A stretch of 64,000 bases of DNA from Eledone cirrhosa (lineage: Eukaryota). The notes under the pieces were generated by a model. It saw only the letters and a program-made list of their open reading frames with translations, was not told the origin of the DNA and did not search any database. Shown piece after piece: positions 55,885-64,000 of this stretch (position 1 is the stretch's first letter; each line of letters opens with the position of its first letter). Location of the stretch: positions 46,872,001-46,936,000 of the forward strand of contig OZ024744.1 in the NCBI GenBank assembly GCA_964016885.1, written 5' to 3'. The translations under genes were made by a program, and so were the position numbers.

Positions 55885-57199
55885 TCTATCATATGGAAGA
55901 AGTATACTGCCATATATCGAAGATTACTACAATAACTAGTGAGCGGAGGACAAGATATACCAGACATTCCTACCGAAGAATGGATGTCCTGATGAGCTGG
56001 CTCCTGTGGTGGATACCTAAACATAGTAAGACCTTAGTGGGATGACTGAAAATGATCTCCATAGATCAGATGTCTAGGGATGTTCAGCTGGGGAATAATG
56101 ATCTCAAGAATGCCACGAAATAATAATATATATTAATGAACATTTATTATGGTGAAATATGTTGGAAATTATTCTCAGGTTTTGTAATCCACAAATACAC
56201 CATGTAGAAAGTTCTACTTCATATTATTTGTCCTTAAGGTTTCTTATAGAGACACAATCTCATTTTTTGGTGAGGGTGGTGCATTGGCAGAATCTGTAGA
56301 GCGTCAGACAACATTCTTTGTGTCATATAGTTACAGCCCTTTATGCTCTGGGTTTAAAAAAGTACCAGTAATGCACTGGGATTGATTTAATTGGCATTCC
56401 TCTTTCTCTGCCAATTGCTGGGGTTGATTTAAAAGTAGAAACAGTTATTTAAATTCTATAAAACAATGGATGGAATGCTTTCTACCATATTTGTTCTGGT
56501 TCTCTGCTCTGAGTTTAAATCCTGCTGAGGTCAACTTTGCCTTTCATCCATTCAAGGTGGATAAAAAAAGTACCTGTCTACCACAGGGGTCTGTTCTTCC
56601 TCTCTATATTTCTTTCTCACTTCCTCTCTTTCATTCTCTCTCCTTCTCTGGAAGAAATCACCTGTTCCAACCTGGTGAGTGAAGGGCTCCACCAAGCTTC
56701 AAATGTCCACAGTGACACCCCCTATGACTCCATCAGTGCAAAAACATCAAAACAAGATTGATGTGTTTATATGTGTTATTTTACAAACACTAACTGGTTT
56801 ATATTTATATTTATGACAAAATATCCACATTTATGTGTAAATAAAAACAATTTTATAACTTTAATATTTGTTGGATGGTGCTTTCATAACAGTTCAAATT
56901 ATGACTTTTTTTTCACATTTGAAAATACTTTACAACTTTTTTCTCTTGCCAAACAAGGGTTTGGCAGGACCCTTCAGTTCTGTCAAAGACATCACAACCT
57001 CTTTAGTACTGGAGCCAAAATAAAATACACTCAGTAGAATGCGGGACCACATGTAAGAGAGATGTGGTCTCCCACTGCACCCTGGTTTGTAAAGACCTGT
57101 CCCACCCTTGCTAGCAGGGAAAGTAGACATTAAATGATGATCTATGATGTCATTGGTTCCAAGGTGTTTCAGCTATTCCCTTGGACAACATTATATATA

Positions 57200-57820
<621 letters not shown>

Positions 57821-58849
57821 CATTACATCTACTATTCAATGCTTGCATGTGTTGGACGGGTCCTTCTTAGCACGACATCTCTCCACTAGATGCATTCTTT
57901 CGTCATCTCCTCTTTCAGTCTTCACGATTTGAGTTAAGCTCTCACAACATTTGCTCCTGACTTTCTTGGTCATCCTCTACTGCAGCTTCCTTCCACTAGG
58001 ATTTCCTCAGCTGGTCCATGCTCTGTATTTCTCTCACATATACGTTGCAGATACAACAAAACATGGTTGCTTCATTTTTCTCCAGCGTAATCGCATCATC
58101 TGCAGTCACAGCCCATGTTTCTCTATCATGCAGTATTGTGCACTTCACACAGGCTTAATATACCCTTCCTTTTGTGTGTATGGAGAAACTTTATGTTATC
58201 AGCAGTAGTTCACTAAACTTCCATCCTATCCTTATTCACGCCATCATAAGGATATGTAGACTGGAGAGAAATGAAGGAACCATGCTTTGTAGGATATGTT
58301 ATGTAAGAGTGAGAGAAAGGCAGAGCTTGGACAAGTTGAAGAAGAAGCTGGGTTTAAGACGGATCTGAAGTGGTGTGTAAGAGAGAAGACTGTATTTGCA
58401 CGAAATTTAGTAGATAAATTATGTAATATTCATTCATTATTTATTCAAAGTAATGCAACTTATTTTACTAATGGGATAAAATATTATAAACTATACGCAG
58501 TCCCGCGCTTCTTACTTTATTATAGTTTAGATTTATTAGGTCAGGTGAATTGGCCAGAACAATTCTACTCTTCTTTTTTAGATGTTACGATCTTCCCTGG
58601 CATTCCTGAGATCATTAATCTCCAGCTGAACATCCTGAGACATCTGATCTGTGCAGGTCAATCCCAGTCATCGCACTAAGCTCTTACAATGTTTAGGTAT
58701 CCACAACAATAACCAGCTCATCCTACCCTCAGTAGCAATGTCCAGCATATCTTGTCCTCCGCTCCCTAGTTATTGTGGTAATCTTTGATATATGTCAGTA
58801 TATTTCTTCCCTTTGAGTAATGTATGAAAAAATAAAAATAATAAAATTT

Positions 58850-60246
58850 CATCATCATCATCTTCGTTTAATGTCCATTTTCCATACTAGCATGGGTTAG
58901 AGGGGAGTTGACCCACTTGAGGCAAGGTTGGTCGGGTGACCGTGTCTCGCTCATATAGGACAATCTGACCTGGTTTTCTACGGCTGGATACCCTTCCTAA
59001 CACCAACCACATTTACAGTGTGGAACTGGGAACTTTTTACCGTGTTACCTACGCGGCCACATTACAATTTTCTCGTGACACCTTCACGATCTCGATCTCA
59101 TTATCTCATTTATTTCGACTGGATGTTGTGGTACCAACTTTACAGAGAGTGGGTGGTGTTGGTGGGAGTGGGAAGATAGGGTAGCGATAGTGGATTGGGG
59201 TGTATATTTTGTTAAGAGGTGCCTACTGGCTGTAGGTTGCGCTTTGTACATAGGCAAGGCGTGTCTTCTGTATTACTGCGTAGCACCAAAGAACTTGGTC
59301 CAGTGACATTGTCTTAGAGAGGTGCAAGTGTGTAAAGTCGGAATTTATCAGATCGTCCGAGGTTTTTCTGGGTCTAGCTACTCCGTAACTACCATCAATT
59401 TAGATCGCCCTGCACTTTTTTATACAACTGTCGTCTTTCATGCGCATCACGTGGCCATACCAACGTAGTCTTCTCTCGAGTAAACAGCATCTGATCCCTC
59501 TTATTCCTAATTTCTCACTTAGTTCATTTATGCTTTGCTGTTCACGTATATTACTATTACACATCCAACGGAGCATGCATGCTTCGTTCCTTTCCATTCT
59601 ACGAACGTCCTCTGCACGTAATGCCCATGTCTCATTTCCATGTAGCATTACTGTTCGTATACAGGCATCATACAATCTGCCTTTCATTTTTAAAGAGAAA
59701 ACTTTTGTGGCCAACAGCGGTATAAGCTCTCTGAACTTTTTCCATCCCATTCTGACTCTGGCTACTGTACTTTCAGAACACCCTCCACCACTGCTGATTT
59801 CGTCACCCAGGTAACGGAAAGTGTCTACTATTTCTATAGAACCATCTGGGCAATAGAAGGGGGCTAGTATCCTGTGGACACCTGCTACCTATTGCACCTG
59901 AGCATCGGCCACATATAAACTCTACGTTATTAGATAGTTTACCTGTGATCCCACTACATCTTTTATGTACCCATACTTTGCATTTGGGACATAAAATGGA
60001 ATTTCTGCCTACTCCTTTCCTACACACTGAGCATGGCCATTTCCCTGAGGGTACCTGTGCCTTCTTTTCCTTTCTACAAACTAGGACTTTAGTCTTAGAC
60101 AAGTTAACTTTAAGGCCTTTTGGAATTTCTTCTCTAGTTCAGCCATTGATTCAGCTATGAGCGTTAGATCATCTGCGTATAGGAGTTCCCATGGGCAGCC
60201 GGTCTTGAACTCCTCTGTTATAGCCTGAAGGGCAATAATAAATAGC
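58850..60246 (-). mobile_element. 5'-truncated RTE LINE (family A)
   Basis: LLYADDLTLIAE, GKWPCSVC, RRLRWYGHV; 3' UTR and (GAT)n tail at ~58850. Confidence 0.92.
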
Positions 60247-60384
60247 AGAATATATATATATATACACACACACACCCAAAATATATGTTGAGATGTATAA
60301 GATTTCTCAAGCTTCATATTTTATATTCTGCCTTCCAAAGTGTGTCTATATATTTGTGTTTTTCATATTTCACAGTGAAGGGGT

Positions 60385-60883
60385 TTACCGCAAGTGTTGA
60401 CTACGTAGGTGAACAAACATTGACGAATTCTTATTGAGAGATTTACCACATATTTCACAATGGAGGGGGCTTTCACCAGTGTGTATTCTTTTGTGAAGTT
60501 CAAGATGAGAACTCTGAGAAAAAGATTTCCCACATATTTCACATGAATAAGGTTTTTCTGCTCTGTGCTTTACAAGATTGTACTTCTGGGTGAAAGATTT
60601 CCCACATATTTCACAATGGAAGAGTTTTTTTTCCAGTGTGACTCCGTATGTGGATGACAAGAGCAGAAATATTAGTGACAGATTTCTCACATATTTCACA
60701 GTGGAAAGTTTTTTTTCTAGTGTGATTCTGTATGTGGACGACAATATTAGAATTATCAGTAAAAGATTTACCACATATTTCACAGTGGAAGGGTTTTTCT
60801 CTACTGTGTAATTTATCGTGTAAGGTTAGATACAGTTTTGAAGGGAAAGTTTTCCTGCAAATCTCACAGCTATATTCAGACAT
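60385..60883 (-). pseudogene. Inverted C2H2-ZNF paralogue (~6 fingers), frameshift in a homopolymer near 60628
   Basis: ORFs 60611-60883 and 60385-60783 join across a T-run. Confidence 0.87.
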
Positions 60884-62126
60884 ATTTCTAGCTAGTGATC
60901 TTTACATAAAGGATTCTCACAACTTTTACTTATATATTAAGAAACGTAGATATCGTTAATAGATACTATGTAGTCTAATATACAAAGGGTCCATAAAAGA
61001 CTGCAGAACTCCGCTTTCTTCTTCTACAAAGTTGTAATGTAGAATTTGTTTGGTACAAGTAATAAGACATATGACAGTCCAAGATTGATTTTCGACGAAG
61101 AAAATTCAAGCGTATATTATATAATTCAATCAGAGAGAGAGAGAGACCGAGGGGGGGGGGGGTAGAGAGAGACGTGTGTGTGTGTGTGTGTAGAAATATG
61201 TGTGTAGGTGTTGTAATAAATCAAGATATTTCACTTCAGATAGAAAAGTTCACAATGTTTGTGTTGTGATGGAAAACGAAATAATACGTACTTTAGTTTT
61301 CAAGACCAAATAAAGGCAAGAAAAGTTAGTAAAAACTAAATGTTCACTGATTTCTGATTAAAATCCTATTTTCCTGTCCTGTAAAATGTTGAACAACCAC
61401 TTCAATATTTAATAAAACAGGTGATAAAACAACAACTATAAGGTAAATAGGTCACCTTATGTTACTTACAAACATTAACGTTCACTTTAATATGAAATAA
61501 TCACCATAAAAGATAAAATTAGATGAGGTTTAAGTTGTAACAATGGAGCAGACTAACCGGTGTCATGACTTAAAAGTCCCCTACATAATTTATGCATTCA
61601 GAAACAACTTCCGTTATATTACTTCACACCTTCAATCTATATGTTCAGATTTGTATAAATAACATTATTAATTTTACATAACTGTTCAAATTATTGAAGG
61701 TAATAACATATTTAAATAATGGAAATGTAAAGAAATATTTTGTTAAACATAAATGTGGATATAAGTTGTAACGATGGAGCCACTGTAGATAACTTTTCAA
61801 TGTCTAGTTGACACCGGTGACATGATTTAAAAGTCCCCTACATAATTTAATACGTTCAGAAACAACTTCAGTTATATCAATTCACATCTTCAATCCAATT
61901 TTCGTTAAACTCCATCTGATGCTGCTACTCGGCTCTTTCTGCTGTACTGATTGGAGACACGTGAAATGAAGCATATATATATATATATATAACGAAGGAA
62001 ATGTGGTAAGGAACCAGATGGACCATAACGCACCAAAGTACTCAATACTTAGGGTAGTAGAGTGGGTAATAGTCCAGAATTAGCCGTCGAAACGGCTTGA
62101 GCTCAGCCGTCGGGTTCCTACTCGTT

Positions 62127-62176
<50 letters not shown>

Positions 62177-62414
62177 TATAAAAGTCAGTAAACATGTATA
62201 CGTATATACTTACATATATGTATACAGACGTACAGTAGTATGTATATATACATACATGCACATATATATATATATATATATATGTACGTATGGTTTTACC
62301 GAACATTTATTATAATGTTCGGTTTGTTTGTTTGTAAACAAGCAGACAGCCCGAATTACGCCGTACAGTGTTTAGGCAACCATCGTCATCTTTTTATTCA
62401 ACACTGACACAGGA

Positions 62415-62457
62415 ACGATGTACTAGTTTCAAGCTTATTAGCTATCGTCAGCATCGT
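62415..62457 (-). ncRNA. Minimal type-I hammerhead ribozyme
   Basis: acgatg-CTGACGA-t-agct-aata-agct-t-GAAA-ctag-TA-catcgt; AATAAA about 15 nt downstream. Confidence 0.75.
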
Positions 62458-62953
62458 ATACCTTCCTCCCAGATGATTTAAGTATCAGCCGTACTAAGAG
62501 TGAGAAAGGAAATTTCGTTTCATTCTTTTCCGTAATGGATTTCCCCTCACAAAGATTTATATATATGTGTGCGTGCGTGCGTGCGTGTCTGTGTGTGTGT
62601 GGGGGGGGGGGGGGGCACACATCATTTCACGCGTCTCCAATCAGTTCAGCTGAAAAAGGTATATATATATTAGCAGAAATATATGATTGAGAAAACAAAG
62701 CTCTAAAATTTTATTCTTTACGCCATATTTCATCTGAAAGGGTAACATTCGTTTTCTGATGGAAGGAATTAAATAAGATTTATATACCTCCGTAGAAGGT
62801 ATACAGATATAATAATTATTATTGTTTATCCTTCAACCTTTAAATGTAAACATACCGTCAATCCCTCGGCCCCCCAAAGACCCATTAATAAGTGTAAATA
62901 GATATCGAGACCTCTATTAACAGTTTAAATCTGCCTTTGCACCTATATATTCA

Positions 62954-63037
62954 CATATCTGAAGAGATGTCAAATAAATCGTCGAGTCCCGTCATCTTGA
63001 TTGTGCCCTAACCTGATATTGAAACAATTGTAATATG
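62954..63037 (+). ncRNA. Minimal type-I hammerhead ribozyme
   Basis: catat-CTGAAGA-gatgtca...tgatatt-GAAA-caattg-TA-atatg; AATAAA at 63040. Confidence 0.7.
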
Positions 63038-63293
63038 CCAATAAAGTTTGTACTCATGCTGCAACACTGACTTCGATTCTTTTCAATCTACACTCTGCAA
63101 ATTACAGCCGTAACCCTGGAATACATCCTAAACGAGATGAACCAAGCCTTTCGAACGGCCCGTAACTGTAGTTACACACCTAACTATCACATACATACAC
63201 AGACATATATTTACATATAAACACGTATGGGAAACCTGCGGCCCGCGAAGCTTTCTGAATGGCTCGCCTAAGTCACCTATATGAAAACTTTCT

Positions 63294-64000
63294 GATCCAC
63301 CGAAACTCGGCCGTTTCGGACCATACCAAAATCAACATACTGATTGCGGATTTGGTACGGGTGATGAGAAACGTGTCCCGCATGTGCAACCCCGAAGAAC
63401 TATAGAAACACATACAACACTTCATCCACCGTATGCAGTTCTCTGGCTACAATCAGAGAGATAAAATCAGAGTGTATAGAGGAGCCAGAACCAAATGGGA
63501 AAAAATGGGAAATAATGACATAAATGGGACCTGCCCCTTGTATAGGAGCAAATTTTGGAATAGAATAGAAAGAACTAGGAACAAGGCTAATAGAATAAAC
63601 TCATGGTATGATAGCAATAAATACCAGAGTGTAATGTTCATCGATACAACCCCTAGAGGTGAATTAGCTTACAAATTTAGAAGGGCCCTAAATAAACATA
63701 AACTCAATATTAAGATAGTAGAAAGACCAGGTACCTCCGTAAAAAACACTTATTAGCAAGACATACCCTTTTCAAATACCCTCATGTATAGATATAACCT
63801 GTAAAATAAGCCCCCATATTAACTGTAAAACTAGAAATGTAGTGTATAGCATAAGATGTACTGAAGGACAATGTAGAGACAAAAATATAGTGTACATAGG
63901 TGAGACAGCTCGTAGTGTAGGGGAACGGATAAATGAACACTGGCGAGACCTTCAAGATAGTAAAGAATCATCTGTACTCTACCAACATGCTAAAATAGAA
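63294..64000 (+). mobile_element. 5'-truncated Penelope-like element (same family as 26349-29866), running off the window
   Basis: HRMQFSGYNQRDKIRV...KIVERPGTS and YIGET; homologous to 27200-27390 and 28959-29310. Confidence 0.9.

Noticed and set aside
63222-63255. hAT-like terminal motif (aacctgcggcccgcg)
   Set aside because: Only a short single end with no partner TIR or TSD; not supportable as an element.

Overview
AT-rich, repeat-dense eukaryotic DNA, most consistent with a cephalopod (octopus-like) genome. This is an inference from the clustered single-coding-exon C2H2 zinc-finger genes, the tRNA-SINE/RTE families and the abundant (TA)n. The backbone is a segmentally duplicated unit that carries a short C2H2-ZNF gene starting MSEYSCEI: six copies, one inverted, most frameshifted, and one split in its HTGEKP linker by a full-length Ty3/gypsy element with a 5-bp TSD. 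Inserted into this backbone are RTE LINEs (two families), a CR1-like LINE, Penelope-like elements (PLEs; one with inverted pseudo-LTRs), two tRNA-SINE families, a Helitron-like non-autonomous element and minisatellites. The most striking hidden signal is a set of about a dozen minimal type-I hammerhead ribozyme motifs (intact, degenerate or partial) from several unrelated families. They have palindromic stem III and mostly sit in short inserts within (TA)n. Two families use a compensatory U3-A8 core (UUGAAAA), and four fold-back palindromes are centred on or contain hammerhead motifs. All coordinates and pairings were read by eye; repeat edges are approximate.
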